From the sequence record OM632671.1: a DNA stretch of 64,000 bases; one strand, given 5' to 3'. The translations under genes were made by a program, and so were the position numbers. Under the pieces are notes generated by a model. That model saw only the letters and a program-made list of their open reading frames with translations. It ran no database searches and was not told where the DNA came from. This DNA comes from Escherichia phage BEU50. This document shows positions 42,328 to 54,204 of the stretch, piece by piece (position 1 is the first letter of the stretch; every line of letters starts with the position of its first letter).

Positions 42328-43910
42328 TATTTTACCTTAATGATATAGTTTAAAGAAATATTCCATGGACGTGTTTCATTTCCAATTAATTCAGGACGAT
42401 TCATGGTATATTTAGAGTTACGCTGAGACGCTGGATCAATTTCATATCCTTCGTTAGTAAAATATGAACGGTTATCCCAGTCAAGTCCTTTACGAGTACC
42501 AACAAAGTTTGAACGACGAGTATTACCAAATGCACCGGAATCGTCATGTTCGCCAAAACCGCCAGCATGCTTATGATATGACATCTGTTGTTTTTGCACT
42601 TCACCGACATATCCACCAGTACAACCTACACCTAATCTAGGCTTACCAAACTGGTCATTACCATTAACATTAGGGTTAGTTAAATGGTTACCACGACCTG
42701 AGCCGCGAACAAATAATCCACGCATATCAGGCAAGCCTGGGTTAGAAGAACTACCACCATATCGTGTCCCAATTCTGGAAGCATATACCGGACATTCTGA
42801 AGCAGAAACGGTCCCACCGTGACAGAAGCGCCAGTCAGAACTCGGTAAACTATCTGCAGCCCACATTGTAATAGCGCCAACTGGAAGAATTCGGTCTAAT
42901 TCATTTTGAGTCACAATACGATTGCCTTGAATATAACCACCAGTCATATTGACATTACCAGTTATATTAGCTCCACCAGAACCAACCGTCAACGTATTAT
43001 TAATGCGAAGCGTGCCATTAATAGTTTGTCCGCCTCGTTGGTGGATAACATCAGCATTCCAAGCAAGGGCAGAAGAACCATCACCGCCTGATTGGCTACC
43101 CGCTTGTGTAGTTAAACGAACAACTCCACGTAAAGAAGTTGTAGCCCCACGCCCGTTTAATGTTGCGCCGGTCACTACAACTGAAGAGTTGTTACTATTT
43201 ACTTCAGTCTGTGTCCCTAGTTTAACGACACCTTTATTAGTTTCTGATGCTACTGAATTCATAAAGGTATAAGGTGAAATTGCATAGCCTTCACGCAGGG
43301 TGCCTTGTTGTGCTTGAGCAACTGTAGCCAAACGAACAACACCGGTAATAGATTCGCTGGCGTCACTATTATTTGGAGCAATTTGTGAAATAAGTTTAAT
43401 TGCTAATTGTTGTGTTTTTAACGGGGTCATTGCCGTTGTATCGTCAGAACCAGCTAATGCCGCAGCAGAAGTTGAAATTTTAATTACACCATTTGTTGCT
43501 TCTGTTGATACTTTTGTCTGGAATACATTGTCTATTTTTTGATTCAATTTAAGCGGAGTAATTGATGCATCGTCAATAGCTCCGGCTACTGCTTCATCTT
43601 CAGTAGCATAACGAGTTAAACCATATTGAGTTTCGGTTGCATTAGGATATTGTAGACGAGCATTCAGTGATGCCGGAGTAACAGCTTTACTATTATCTAA
43701 TCCATCAATAACTTCTTGTGGAGTGGCTATTTGAATAATTCCAGGTGTAGTAGTTGTTGCTTCCGGGACGCCGTTAACACCTGAAGGAGAAATAGCAGCT
43801 AATGCGGCTTGGACATTAGTGACTGTATCTGGAAAATTCGACCCAGTAGGGTCGAATTCAACGTAAATAGATTCATTTGAAACGTGTTGGTATGTATTGT
43901 TATTACTCAT
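42327..43910 (-). CDS. 12: Short tail fibre gp12
   Basis: 527 aa, same size as T4 gp12. Confidence 0.9.
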   Translation of the reverse strand: MSNNNTYQHVSNESIYVEFDPTGSNFPDTVTNVQAALAAISPSGVNGVPEATTTTPGIIQIATPQEVIDGLDNSKAVTPASLNARLQYPNATETQYGLTRYATEDEAVAGAIDDASITPLKLNQKIDNVFQTKVSTEATNGVIKISTSAAALAGSDDTTAMTPLKTQQLAIKLISQIAPNNSDASESITGVVRLATVAQAQQGTLREGYAISPYTFMNSVASETNKGVVKLGTQTEVNSNNSSVVVTGATLNGRGATTSLRGVVRLTTQAGSQSGGDGSSALAWNADVIHQRGGQTINGTLRINNTLTVGSGGANITGNVNMTGGYIQGNRIVTQNELDRILPVGAITMWAADSLPSSDWRFCHGGTVSASECPVYASRIGTRYGGSSSNPGLPDMRGLFVRGSGRGNHLTNPNVNGNDQFGKPRLGVGCTGGYVGEVQKQQMSYHKHAGGFGEHDDSGAFGNTRRSNFVGTRKGLDWDNRSYFTNEGYEIDPASQRNSKYTMNRPELIGNETRPWNISLNYIIKVK

Positions 43911-44566
43911 GAGGCTCTCACAAAGTGGTAGAAAACGGTAGGAGTATCATGGTTATCAAGAGTAACCGTTTGGGCACCTAATAAATTCCATGTTCCGTAT
44001 CCGGATTTTGCTTCAGACAAAATTTCTTGCGAAATTGTTACACCAAACGAAGCATATGTTGGCAACACATGACGTTGGTTATCTAAATATGTCACCTGAA
44101 GTTTATTACCTTCGGATGGATGGTCTTTATAAGAAGAAATAGCGATTTGATTAGCAATGGCTTCTTGTAAAGCTATACGAACTTGTGCCGTTAATTCGTT
44201 ATCAGTCATACCGATTGTTGCTTTAACAGCAAGTCCAAATACGTTAATAACGACTGGCGTTCCAGTGGTCAAAGTATCGTCGAGAACATCACCAGAAAAA
44301 GTCCAATAATCAACTTGTGCTGTACCTTCAGGCGATACGCCTGAAGTGTTTGTGACAACAGTACCAATATCAGCTCGTGCCATATTATGGACATCATTTA
44401 TTGCAGATTCTACGTTAGCATCATAAAAACCGCGAGCTAACTGAGAAATAGTCACGGAACCTACAGCTTGGTTGTTTAAAACATCAATTTGAGCTGGATT
44501 TTTTCTGTAATTCAAAAAATCAGCATGACGGGAAATAACTCCCGCCTTTGTATTAAGTACAGTCAT
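43907..44566 (-). CDS. 11: Baseplate wedge protein gp11
   Basis: 219 aa from internal Met ([10 protein letters not shown]), same size as T4 gp11. Confidence 0.85.
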   Translation of the reverse strand: MTVLNTKAGVISRHADFLNYRKNPAQIDVLNNQAVGSVTISQLARGFYDANVESAINDVHNMARADIGTVVTNTSGVSPEGTAQVDYWTFSGDVLDDTLTTGTPVVINVFGLAVKATIGMTDNELTAQVRIALQEAIANQIAISSYKDHPSEGNKLQVTYLDNQRHVLPTYASFGVTISQEILSEAKSGYGTWNLLGAQTVTLDNHDTPTVFYHFVRAS

Positions 44567-46371
44567 TATGCAATCCTTACCCAACGGTATACAGTTATAG
44601 ATGGCTGAATATTAGTTATAGAACGCGCTGGAACATGAGATCCATTAGTCTTTGCATGGTCTTCACGATATTTAGTGTAAATAGGACCTTCTTCATCCGG
44701 GTCATATTGGCAACCGCCTATAATTACTGTACCATTATCATCAGAAATAAGAACCTTTTCATCGGTTTGTGTAGCTGGTAAATCAGCATTTTCTAATGTG
44801 ATGGTTGTTACACCAACGGTACCACCTGCGGTATGAGTAGGGTTACCATTGACGTCAAGGTCATTATTATTTAATGCAAAATTAGGATCGGATGCGTCGT
44901 CATTCCAACCTGCTAATACTTTGCCTTGTCCCCAAATTTTCCACAAACCAAAACCTAAATAAGTTGCCGGATTATTAGGGTTAACCGCATTTTCGTAAAT
45001 AGTCCCGACAGGATAAATTGTATCAAATATTGCTGAGATAGTCGAGAATTCACGTTCATACTTAGGAACAGGTTCTACATTAGGCCATCCAATTTTATCG
45101 AAATCGGTTAATGCAACGTCACCAGTAATTTCAATGTTAGACCCTTGAGAAACATATTTCTCATCAGCGACATCAAGGATTTCTTCCATTTCAAGAAGAG
45201 TTCCTAAATCGTTATTAAACCATGTGATGGTAATAATGTCTTGGTCTTCAAATTGACGGTCAAACAGAATTGCGCTAGGGATATTATCAGTATATTCAAT
45301 CGCATAATCTGTATACGATTGAGTCCATGTCCCACCGAGATTAGCGCATGACTCTTCAGAATCAGCATCCACACCTTCACAACGGAAAATAGGAGTTCCA
45401 ACAGTACCAGCTAATTCTTGGAGAATACCATTGAAGCGAACTTCTAACGAATTAGGGTTAGGTGGTTCCGTAGGATTAATACCAAATGCTGTAAATGGAA
45501 TAGACCGGAACGTACTCAAATCAGTGACGTAAATACTTCCGTCAATAGACTTTTTAGCAGTCAATTTACTATCTAAAATGCGAACTTGGCGACGAGTATA
45601 TGAACTACGCCACTGAGAAACACCATCTAGGAATGTCTCAATTTGTACAGTGTCCCCAACATTACACGGTTGGCGTAATCTAATATTAAATCCATCGAGT
45701 GCAACCAGTTCACCAGGATTAGCGCCTGGAGAACCAAAATCACTATTATCACTGAATACATCACCATAGTACAATTCGTTGCCACGATGTTTTACGCGAA
45801 TGTTGTTAACATTATAAGAGGTCCCGTTAAAAACATCCATGAAATCGGTCTGACCTTGGGTTTCAACCAGATATTCTCTACGAGCAACGTTACTAATGTC
45901 AGAGCTAACTATTTTGTCAATTTGTTTGTTCTTGATGTATTCCCAACGTCCAGGAGCACAATAAACTAATTCTAAATCAGAGAACTGAACGTTAATTTCC
46001 ACCGGAGATGAAGAACCTTTAATCGTGTCTCCGTTTGCCGGAATTAAAGTAACAGGGTTAATGTTCCAAGTTGCAAATACGTCACGGGCACGAATAACTT
46101 TATTATAGTCTGCAATTGTCCCTTTAGGAAGATTTACCGAAACTCGTCCAGAAGTAGTATTAATTGCATAAGATTTACCCCAAGCAGCCTTAAGATTAAG
46201 ACCATCAGCCGCATCATAAGTCTTCCATGCGCCAGCGGCATAAGGAACTTCACCGTCACCTAATTCATAATAGATTTCGTCAAAGTTCTCATTTATTTTT
46301 TCACCACCTCGACGAAGGTAATCGCCTTGTCCGTCATCAACGACGTTACCAATTTTAATATTTTGTTTCAT
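44566..46371 (-). CDS. 10: Baseplate wedge protein gp10
   Basis: 601 aa (T4 602 aa). Confidence 0.9.
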   Translation of the reverse strand: MKQNIKIGNVVDDGQGDYLRRGGEKINENFDEIYYELGDGEVPYAAGAWKTYDAADGLNLKAAWGKSYAINTTSGRVSVNLPKGTIADYNKVIRARDVFATWNINPVTLIPANGDTIKGSSSPVEINVQFSDLELVYCAPGRWEYIKNKQIDKIVSSDISNVARREYLVETQGQTDFMDVFNGTSYNVNNIRVKHRGNELYYGDVFSDNSDFGSPGANPGELVALDGFNIRLRQPCNVGDTVQIETFLDGVSQWRSSYTRRQVRILDSKLTAKKSIDGSIYVTDLSTFRSIPFTAFGINPTEPPNPNSLEVRFNGILQELAGTVGTPIFRCEGVDADSEESCANLGGTWTQSYTDYAIEYTDNIPSAILFDRQFEDQDIITITWFNNDLGTLLEMEEILDVADEKYVSQGSNIEITGDVALTDFDKIGWPNVEPVPKYEREFSTISAIFDTIYPVGTIYENAVNPNNPATYLGFGLWKIWGQGKVLAGWNDDASDPNFALNNNDLDVNGNPTHTAGGTVGVTTITLENADLPATQTDEKVLISDDNGTVIIGGCQYDPDEEGPIYTKYREDHAKTNGSHVPARSITNIQPSITVYRWVRIA

Positions 46372-47243
46372 TATTGAGCGACCCCAATTTTCTGAGTTGA
46401 GATAATTTTAACTGCTGAACGTAATCCAATAATATCGGATGTAATCGTCATAGTAGCAAAGTTGTTAATAATACTAAAGCTAATATTAGCAATCTCGTCG
46501 GTTTCATCTACATTACCAACTCGCATTACTGCAAATTCGGTAGAAAGAACTTCTGAGTTAATTGTATCTATTAGAATATTTATTTCACATGTTTTTATTT
46601 TTCTACCGTCTGCGGATTGGCATGTAACAAGCAATTTAGCCATGTTATAATCTGTGCGATAAAACAGAGGAATAGAAACTGAGTTTCCTGTAAGACTCCA
46701 AGTCCCATCGACAGGAGATTCTTTCTGCCCAAACATGCTATCGGTAGAATAATTCCATACTGAAGTTGGCCCATTAATTTCAACACAGCGAAGAACAACA
46801 TGGGTATAAGGGGTTGAAATAACAAGATTATTAAGAACACCTTTAATCGAACCGTCGGTTACTTGGATACTTAAAGGATTGTTAACAGAAATAGACCCAT
46901 TAGAGTTTATGAATTCTACAGAGTCACCTAATTCAGGACGGTCAATAATAACAATCACACCACCATCAGAAGCATCAATATCATGCATAGTGCCTGGTTT
47001 AATAGGAGTTTGATAATCGACCGCCTTTCCTTTTTGATAATAACCTGTGGCATGAATAGTTTGACCTGTAGGTCCGGTTCCATCTGCTACGGCCATTTTA
47101 CGTTGATCGCCAAATGCATTGTAAATAGCGTTGATATCGTCATTTATTTTATTACCACCGTCGAATAAGATATCACCTGTTGAGGCATTACCAATTTCGC
47201 CGGTATCGATTAATTGTTTAGGAGTTTGCTTAAAAAATGCCAT
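46371..47243 (-). CDS. 9: Baseplate wedge protein gp9 (long tail fibre socket)
   Basis: 290 aa (T4 288 aa). Confidence 0.85.
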   Translation of the reverse strand: MAFFKQTPKQLIDTGEIGNASTGDILFDGGNKINDDINAIYNAFGDQRKMAVADGTGPTGQTIHATGYYQKGKAVDYQTPIKPGTMHDIDASDGGVIVIIDRPELGDSVEFINSNGSISVNNPLSIQVTDGSIKGVLNNLVISTPYTHVVLRCVEINGPTSVWNYSTDSMFGQKESPVDGTWSLTGNSVSIPLFYRTDYNMAKLLVTCQSADGRKIKTCEINILIDTINSEVLSTEFAVMRVGNVDETDEIANISFSIINNFATMTITSDIIGLRSAVKIISTQKIGVAQ

Positions 47244-47275
47244 AATTCTGCCTTTTGTTGTCCGATATTATATTC

Positions 47276-47283
47276 TATTTATA
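47276..47283 (-). promoter_or_regulatory. Late promoter TATAAATA for gene 9
   Basis: Plus-strand TATTTATA about 30 bp upstream of gene 9 ATG. Confidence 0.5.
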
Positions 47284-47287
47284 GACA

Positions 47288-47312
47288 CAAAAATGGGAGC
47301 CCGAAGGCTCCC
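47288..47312 (-). terminator. Intrinsic terminator after gene 8 (GGGAGCC-TTCG-GGCTCCC plus U-run)
   Basis: Perfect 7-bp stem with UUCG loop followed by TTTTT on the minus strand. Confidence 0.5.
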
Positions 47313-47315
47313 TAA

Positions 47316-48320
47316 TTAAAACATAAACAAAATGTTAATTTCTTCTGTTTGGTCCATTGCCATAATAACAGGTGGTCGGTTTTCCATATAAATCATTTCA
47401 CCAGAATGACGTTGCAGGTCTCTAGGGTCGTAATAATCCTTTTCTGCTTTAACATTAGGGTCATTTGGATTTTTCTTAGCTTCTAACGGGTTTGCGATAA
47501 TTGATATCTGTCTAAAACCCTTGTTACCAGGCAAAGCTGCCTCAGGGAAATAAACAGAATCAAAATATGCTTTAAACCGCATCGTATTAGCTTTAACACG
47601 GTAAATCAAACCGTAGTCATCTTGTTGCCAAGTTAAGTTATTTTCATATCCCCAACGGGTGGGGTCTTCTTTAATTTCTTCGGGCCATGGAACTACAAGA
47701 TATTCGTTAGTGCAACGGTTAATTGACACATCGGCAGGAATCTCATAAAGATATTCCCAAATATATCCATCACCGGTTTCGATAACCCCATTAGCATCGC
47801 CTCTGCCTTCAGGAGGAGACATAGAACGAACAGACGGAGTCCATTTACCACCTAATTTAAGACATTCATCTTTATTATCTAAAGATTCTATTGAACAGAG
47901 CCCTACGTCAGGGACATCTAAACAACGGTAAATTAACCAACCGGCTCCAACTTCTGTCGCGTTGTACGGAGCAGTATTACATGCGACTATATCGTTAATT
48001 CTAAACGTGTAAGGGTCTGGATATCGCACATCTCCCCAATCACGTCTAGGAATAACAGAATCTAACATTGAAGGTAAAACTTTAACGGTACCCATCATAT
48101 GGGTCCACATATCAGTAACACCAAGAACAGAATCTGTAGGATAAGGTGGGGCGAAGCCCACCTCATTTTCATTTGACGCCCAAGGCTCTGAACGTCCAAA
48201 CGTAATATAAATGGAGTTCTTATCATCTCCATCCCCAACTGAATTGTAAAAATTCAGCATTTTCTCTGTTCTAAATTTTGATGTAACTATTGCACGATAG
48301 ATAACACTTGAATCATTCAT
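47316..48320 (-). CDS. 8: Baseplate wedge protein gp8
   Basis: 334 aa, same size as T4 gp8. Confidence 0.85.
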   Translation of the reverse strand: MNDSSVIYRAIVTSKFRTEKMLNFYNSVGDGDDKNSIYITFGRSEPWASNENEVGFAPPYPTDSVLGVTDMWTHMMGTVKVLPSMLDSVIPRRDWGDVRYPDPYTFRINDIVACNTAPYNATEVGAGWLIYRCLDVPDVGLCSIESLDNKDECLKLGGKWTPSVRSMSPPEGRGDANGVIETGDGYIWEYLYEIPADVSINRCTNEYLVVPWPEEIKEDPTRWGYENNLTWQQDDYGLIYRVKANTMRFKAYFDSVYFPEAALPGNKGFRQISIIANPLEAKKNPNDPNVKAEKDYYDPRDLQRHSGEMIYMENRPPVIMAMDQTEEINILFMF

Positions 48321-51300
48321 CTAATTTAACCTGTGGTGGATTCACGGGGTCTCTTGGATTTCCTACATTATCGATTAACCGTTGTTCAACCAAATCTCTA
48401 AATCTAGAGAATGTTGTTCCGGACGCATCAAATAATGGGCTCATCAGTTTACGTCGTTCCGATGGAAGTTGACCTTGAAATATGGAGTTATTGTTTTCAG
48501 CGTTATAATCTTCAGGCAATGGATAATCTTGTCCAGCCATAGGGCCTATTTCATATATCGCTTCACCTGTAATAGGGTTAAACTCAACATTTCCTTGTGG
48601 GTCTAATTTAGCCACTCGGTCTGCATATTTAGTCGGTAATCCAGAATCCCACTTATAGTTTTTGTATTTATTAATAATGGTTTCAACATGTTTAAGTGTT
48701 AATCCGGTGTTAATAAACATTGTGAGAAGGGTAATTGCGATAAATCCAAATCCAACCGGATGAACAAAACGTAATACGTCTGATTTCCAACGAGATGATG
48801 GAAGTTTAGATTTAATCTTCATTACGTAGTATGCTCTACCACGATTTATGTAATCGATGTTGTTCTGAGAAAGCTCTTTACCTTTAATACCACGAACAAT
48901 TTCACCTTCAAAACCAGGGAGTCTTTCAGCTTTAACTTCCTGTCCTTGGATTAAACGTCCTAAGAGGTTGTGAATTGTTACAGTCCATTGTAATTTACCT
49001 TTAGAGTAACTTCTCTCGATATACGTCACATTACAACGTCCTGTAGCAGTGTATATGGTTTGTCCGACCAAATCTTCTGTCAACGAATCAGATTCAATGA
49101 TGATATCATATTCGGTCCCGGAACTAGATTCAATTTCAATTTCAACATCTTCGTTATAGAGCACTTTAAACAAGAATTTATATGATGCTTCAGTTCCTTT
49201 AGTTGAATAGAAGTCATAACTTCTTGATTCAAAGAAACGAGACACTAAATCGCGTTTTTCGGCGTTTAAGTAAATGTTTCGTTTATAAATCTCAGACCAT
49301 AAGTATTCCCACGCATGTTCTTCGCGCGGATATTGATTTTTAATAAGATTCAAAAGGTTGTTATAATGGGTCCCATAACCGTCAGAAAGATACTGAATAT
49401 AAGCCTCGCAGAATGCTTCGAAGTTTGTATTGTCTAAAAGATAAGACTCTGGCATCATTGTAGTGAGCAATGGTCGTAAATCTGGGTCTGCAATACCGTT
49501 CTCTTCTACAGGAGTCCATGTGGTATCTTTTTCTTGGTTTTGTAACGATGCTGTTAAGAATATATTAGTAGGCTTCCAAATTATAGAAACATTATCTCTA
49601 ACACGATAACTAAAATCATAATAAGAAATAATCTCACCTGATGATTTATAGAAAATCATGCCGGATGCATATTTTTTAAATCCGGTGAAATCTACGTTAG
49701 GCATCACTATTGTACAGTCACCATCCTTCCAATATTCATGAACTTCACGGTCTGAAGAACTAAGTGGATGATTCTCAATAACCTTAGTGTAAAGTAAATC
49801 AGAATAAATTACAACGGCCTTGTCTGAGTTATTAATCCAACATCGGGTACCAGACTTTCTAGAATAACTAAAGAATGGCTCGGCATAGTATTCCATCGGT
49901 TGAGGAGTGAACGATTCCCATTGAGAGTCTTCAGTTGAAATAAATGCCATCATATGATAATGTTTATCAGCCAACCATTCGCGAGGATACTCATATTTAA
50001 CAGCACCGATTAAACCGTACTTGATTTGTGTTTTTGGGTCATCAACAATATCCGATTCTAAAAATTTAAAATTACTGGATGAAATAGATAACTCAACACC
50101 ATCAGTAGACATACTGGTGTACCCAGGTTCAATACGACGGCGTTCTTCTTCAGTATTACCAAACACACGTTTAAATGTGCCAGCATCATGGTCTAGAACG
50201 TAAACACCCTTATCAGCAGAATCAACAATAGGAGTAGTCCTCGGGTCATCGTTAAGATTAACAACTTCACCGATAATCAGTGCAAATATTTTACCACCGA
50301 CAGAATCCATTTTATAGCAAACTGCCTTAGGGTTACCTGTGATGTTAAATGTTTCTTGTTCAAACAAACGTTCGGAATATGTCGGAGATAACGGATCTGA
50401 ATCAATAGGGGCATTACTAGTTTTAATAAAACGAACTTTATCTCGAGCAGCAACATATACATAATCGTCATTGCAAACGATAGCTTCTGCAATACGTGAT
50501 ACGTTAGCAGGTAATGATGCATAGTTACCAAATATTTCTACATCATATCCTAAATTTAACTGGTCACCAACTTTAGCAAATGTTATATCTTGAGAACTAA
50601 ATCTCACATCATCAGCAGACCAACGAACGTCAGTTGATTTACGGCCGTAAAATAATTTATCATACCCAAGAACATACGTGGTGTAATCTGTCTGGTAATA
50701 CACTGTTCTTGATACAGGGTACCCTACACGGTCATTAAACAATTTAACCGATTTCCAGGTTTGTCCCTTATCATTAGAGACTTTAACCACAGGCTGATAC
50801 CGTTCAAACAAATAAAGAATTCCTTCGGATTCCATCAAATAAACACGGTTTATATCATTACACACCTGTTGAATCGAACCTTGAATTTCATGATACTCAT
50901 TTTCGCCAATAATGAAATTTTTAATAGATGAAATATCCGCATAAGCAGGGCTAAATTGGAACGATTCATTCATTAGAGCTGCCATTATAGTGTCGTTATT
51001 AAAATCGACATAAGCCGTGTTGTTATTTGTAAATTTTTCTCTAATAAAAGTGTTAGCCAATTGCATTTCAATCATATGTTGAAATGTATACGCGTTAGTC
51101 TGAAATGATTCAAATATTTCGGTATATACCCAATCAGATCTCTCGAAGCCTTCGGCGGCAGTTGATACACGAATAATATAAGAAGTTAATGGGTCTAAGC
51201 TACTTTCGAACCAGTTGCTATTAGGAGTATATCCTAAATTTATCCATCTGTAGCTGGCAGGGGGAATTATTTCCCCGTCTGCCGTTTTAGTCTCAGCGAT

Positions 51301-51411
51301 TTCTACGAAATAGTAGAAATTAGCACCAACGTCATCCCAGCGTATTTGAACTTGGTTAGCGGACAACTTGGATATTCTGAGACTTGTGACTGCTGGCGCT
51401 TTTACTGTCAT
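48313..51411 (-). CDS. 7: Baseplate wedge protein gp7
   Basis: 1032 aa, same size as T4 gp7. Confidence 0.9.
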   Translation of the reverse strand: MTVKAPAVTSLRISKLSANQVQIRWDDVGANFYYFVEIAETKTADGEIIPPASYRWINLGYTPNSNWFESSLDPLTSYIIRVSTAAEGFERSDWVYTEIFESFQTNAYTFQHMIEMQLANTFIREKFTNNNTAYVDFNNDTIMAALMNESFQFSPAYADISSIKNFIIGENEYHEIQGSIQQVCNDINRVYLMESEGILYLFERYQPVVKVSNDKGQTWKSVKLFNDRVGYPVSRTVYYQTDYTTYVLGYDKLFYGRKSTDVRWSADDVRFSSQDITFAKVGDQLNLGYDVEIFGNYASLPANVSRIAEAIVCNDDYVYVAARDKVRFIKTSNAPIDSDPLSPTYSERLFEQETFNITGNPKAVCYKMDSVGGKIFALIIGEVVNLNDDPRTTPIVDSADKGVYVLDHDAGTFKRVFGNTEEERRRIEPGYTSMSTDGVELSISSSNFKFLESDIVDDPKTQIKYGLIGAVKYEYPREWLADKHYHMMAFISTEDSQWESFTPQPMEYYAEPFFSYSRKSGTRCWINNSDKAVVIYSDLLYTKVIENHPLSSSDREVHEYWKDGDCTIVMPNVDFTGFKKYASGMIFYKSSGEIISYYDFSYRVRDNVSIIWKPTNIFLTASLQNQEKDTTWTPVEENGIADPDLRPLLTTMMPESYLLDNTNFEAFCEAYIQYLSDGYGTHYNNLLNLIKNQYPREEHAWEYLWSEIYKRNIYLNAEKRDLVSRFFESRSYDFYSTKGTEASYKFLFKVLYNEDVEIEIESSSGTEYDIIIESDSLTEDLVGQTIYTATGRCNVTYIERSYSKGKLQWTVTIHNLLGRLIQGQEVKAERLPGFEGEIVRGIKGKELSQNNIDYINRGRAYYVMKIKSKLPSSRWKSDVLRFVHPVGFGFIAITLLTMFINTGLTLKHVETIINKYKNYKWDSGLPTKYADRVAKLDPQGNVEFNPITGEAIYEIGPMAGQDYPLPEDYNAENNNSIFQGQLPSERRKLMSPLFDASGTTFSRFRDLVEQRLIDNVGNPRDPVNPPQVKLDE

Positions 51412-53381
51412 TGTGAAATAGGCTCCAAATCTATAGTTAAGTACTGAGGACGTAAGTCGTTTTCGAATACGATTAAAGAACCATCCTTTGTAAAAATAAT
51501 ATCATCTGCAGGGTCGGAATAAAGTTCAATTGTTTGAACTTCAAAACGGTCTGAAGTGAGGTCAATTTTAGCAATGTTCCAATAAATCGAATCGGCAGGA
51601 TAATTCACTTCACCAATTGAATAGTATTTGTTTCGTCCGTCAGTAACAGTAAGTTTATTAAAATCATTACCTGTATAAGGTTGTATATTTTCGTTTTCAA
51701 CAACATCGCCGTCGGCAAATGGACCAATAATAACTTGACCTATGCCACGGTCATTACGGTCAGAAGATACTATGCGAACACCATATTTAATAGTTTCGTT
51801 TGCATTTTCTGGATTAGGTCTGTGCGAATCAAACGAGAATATATTAGATTCCAACGATCTATCTTTAATCTGATTATTGTATTTAATACCGGCCTCAGGC
51901 GTTTTATAGAAGTTTTGTACTTCGCGAACCATTTGAATAGTAGCTGAAGAACCAATAATAGAAATATCTGCATCATCGACATAAGTTAGCATTTTAGATT
52001 TTGCAAACGATGAGTTAAAAATTTCTACATCTTCAATATAATATCGGTCAATTTTATTAATAATTTGCCCTTCAAGATATTGTTCTGATTCTTGGAGTTT
52101 ATTCAACGCGTATGTAACTTTGATATTCATTTTGATAAACAAATAATCAGGCGAAATAACAACAGGTGTAATAGTCCCTAAGTTATAATCATTTAAATAG
52201 TTTTTGATATCATCGCGTTGGACAGAAGTCAAATACAATCCAGATTTAGGCTTAGCAGCAATATATGCGTACCCTGGTTTAGATGAATCTGTGAATGTTT
52301 GAACCGCTTGAATAATAGAACCAAACCGCTCAGAGACGAATGTGTCATAGTCGGAAGCGGTTACACAACGTTGTTGAGTTTCGCGTTTAATTGTGCCTAA
52401 TTCGCGGATACGTTCAATATCTTCAGGGTCACCACCACCATCGGCCCCAACAAAGTCTGGGTTATTGCTAGGGTTCTCGTTAATACCGATTACAGTGATA
52501 TTAGCTAATGTATCAGCATAAGAAAATCCTACAGCACCGTTAGCATCTGCGCCATTAGTAGAAATATACTCAATTACGATTTTAGAACCCTGAACAGGTT
52601 TAAGGCCACCAATATAGTTAGACGTTAACGCACCTTCTGACGTGTTAATAGAGATTTCGCCTTCACCAAAATAAAATTCGGTGTTCCCGTCAACTGTTTC
52701 ACGCATATAATAGATTGTTGACGTAGAACCAGCGTGAACCATCGACTTACGAGTCCAGTTAATCCATTCTGCTCCGTCAACATACAACTTAACCAAATTA
52801 CGGTCAATATTCTTATCACGAATAATGATAGGTTTTAATTTATCAAATGTTAATTCAGTGCGAACAATACGTCCTTGAGCTAATCGAAGACGTGGAAAAT
52901 ATTGGTTATTTTTGTCTTTAACTACAATGACATCTTCAGTAGAAACAAAGTTATACGGGTTAACAGAAGTATCTTTAGCGTATGCTAAGAAACGAGTGCC
53001 ACGTGGAATGGTGATATAGTTTCTATTTAATGCATCCGTACATGTGAGCATAATTTCTGTTTGTGCTGCTGATTTAGATGAAGGCAGATATCCGTTATCT
53101 TGAGCCGCTTGTACAACAGAACTACGCAAGTTTGCAGTACGCATAAAACTTTCATACACTGCACTATTACTGAACTGTTGGATGTAAAGAGTGTTATATG
53201 CTAAAAGGTCGCACAATACGTTTAAACGCGAACCTTCAAAATCATAATCAAGAAATTCATTCTGTCCATTGAGCCATTCGATAATGTTTTGTTTGATTTC
53301 GGCAAATGTGCCCCCGATAAAAATCTCGGGAATAGCATTCGCTGTTCGGGTTAATTGATAATTTACAGGAGTGTTTGCCAT
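51408..53381 (-). CDS. 6: Baseplate wedge protein gp6
   Basis: 657 aa from Met of MANTPVNYQLTRT (T4 gp6 start). Confidence 0.9.
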   Translation of the reverse strand: MANTPVNYQLTRTANAIPEIFIGGTFAEIKQNIIEWLNGQNEFLDYDFEGSRLNVLCDLLAYNTLYIQQFSNSAVYESFMRTANLRSSVVQAAQDNGYLPSSKSAAQTEIMLTCTDALNRNYITIPRGTRFLAYAKDTSVNPYNFVSTEDVIVVKDKNNQYFPRLRLAQGRIVRTELTFDKLKPIIIRDKNIDRNLVKLYVDGAEWINWTRKSMVHAGSTSTIYYMRETVDGNTEFYFGEGEISINTSEGALTSNYIGGLKPVQGSKIVIEYISTNGADANGAVGFSYADTLANITVIGINENPSNNPDFVGADGGGDPEDIERIRELGTIKRETQQRCVTASDYDTFVSERFGSIIQAVQTFTDSSKPGYAYIAAKPKSGLYLTSVQRDDIKNYLNDYNLGTITPVVISPDYLFIKMNIKVTYALNKLQESEQYLEGQIINKIDRYYIEDVEIFNSSFAKSKMLTYVDDADISIIGSSATIQMVREVQNFYKTPEAGIKYNNQIKDRSLESNIFSFDSHRPNPENANETIKYGVRIVSSDRNDRGIGQVIIGPFADGDVVENENIQPYTGNDFNKLTVTDGRNKYYSIGEVNYPADSIYWNIAKIDLTSDRFEVQTIELYSDPADDIIFTKDGSLIVFENDLRPQYLTIDLEPISQ

Positions 53382-53389
53382 TTTAATTC

Positions 53390-53683
53390 CTATTTTATAA
53401 AGACTTTTGACGAGGCCTGAGAAACAGTATCCCCGCATGAAATTGGGTCAGCCATTTGAACGGCCTTTTTACCGGTGACGTATACTTTAGATGTACGAGG
53501 TTCAGTAACACCTCCATGAGTCTCGTATGGTTTTTTAATTTCTGTATGAGGTGTTATTTGGTCTCCTGCTACAAGAACAGGAATACCGCCGGTGAACACT
53601 TTAGATTGGGAAGCATTTATTACAGTAGGAGGCCATGCTTCATGACCTGTTGTAACGCACTTGTCGTAACTTAAGCCAGACAT
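53390..53683 (-). CDS. 5.4: gp5.4 PAAR-repeat spike tip protein
   Basis: 97 aa from MSGLSYDKC...; size and position between genes 5 and 6 as in T4. Confidence 0.75.
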   Translation of the reverse strand: MSGLSYDKCVTTGHEAWPPTVINASQSKVFTGGIPVLVAGDQITPHTEIKKPYETHGGVTEPRTSKVYVTGKKAVQMADPISCGDTVSQASSKVFIK

Positions 53684-53685
53684 TT

Positions 53686-54201
53686 TCACGGCCTCACATA
53701 AACATAGTTTCGTAATTGATGAGCCCATTTGCTCCAATTTCCTACTATAGTTTTTGTATAAACCTTAGTAAGAGTTTTTTGTACTGGAGCCGGTGGAGGT
53801 TCTGTACCAGAGTCACTTCTAGAACCGCCTGATGAACTTTCTTCTTGGTAGTTATAAATCATTTCAACCGTATAACTAAACACTTTACGAAGATTCTGAG
53901 GAGCTCTCCACAAATATAACTGTGTGGACTCATCTTTTGGTAAATCATCCCATGAAGATGCGGTTTCAAAATCATCATTTAATCGGTATTTCAATGCGTC
54001 CGAAGAAAAGCTAAACACACTTTCATATGTTCCATATAAACGATTACCATCTACCGTAATGCCTTGTGTCGGTTCATAATCTGTTATATTTATTGACACT
54101 AAAGTTTCGGTTGTTTCTAACTGTGGAGTAAAAAGGACGTCAATAGACGCCCCTTCCATGTCTTCTCCTAAGTCGGTATTTAAAGGAAGTATTTGTGCCA
54201 T
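53686..54201 (-). CDS. Hypothetical protein (5.1 position)
   Basis: 171-aa ORF between gene 5 and 5.4. Confidence 0.6.
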   Translation of the reverse strand: MAQILPLNTDLGEDMEGASIDVLFTPQLETTETLVSINITDYEPTQGITVDGNRLYGTYESVFSFSSDALKYRLNDDFETASSWDDLPKDESTQLYLWRAPQNLRKVFSYTVEMIYNYQEESSSGGSRSDSGTEPPPAPVQKTLTKVYTKTIVGNWSKWAHQLRNYVYVRP

Positions 54202-54204
54202 ATA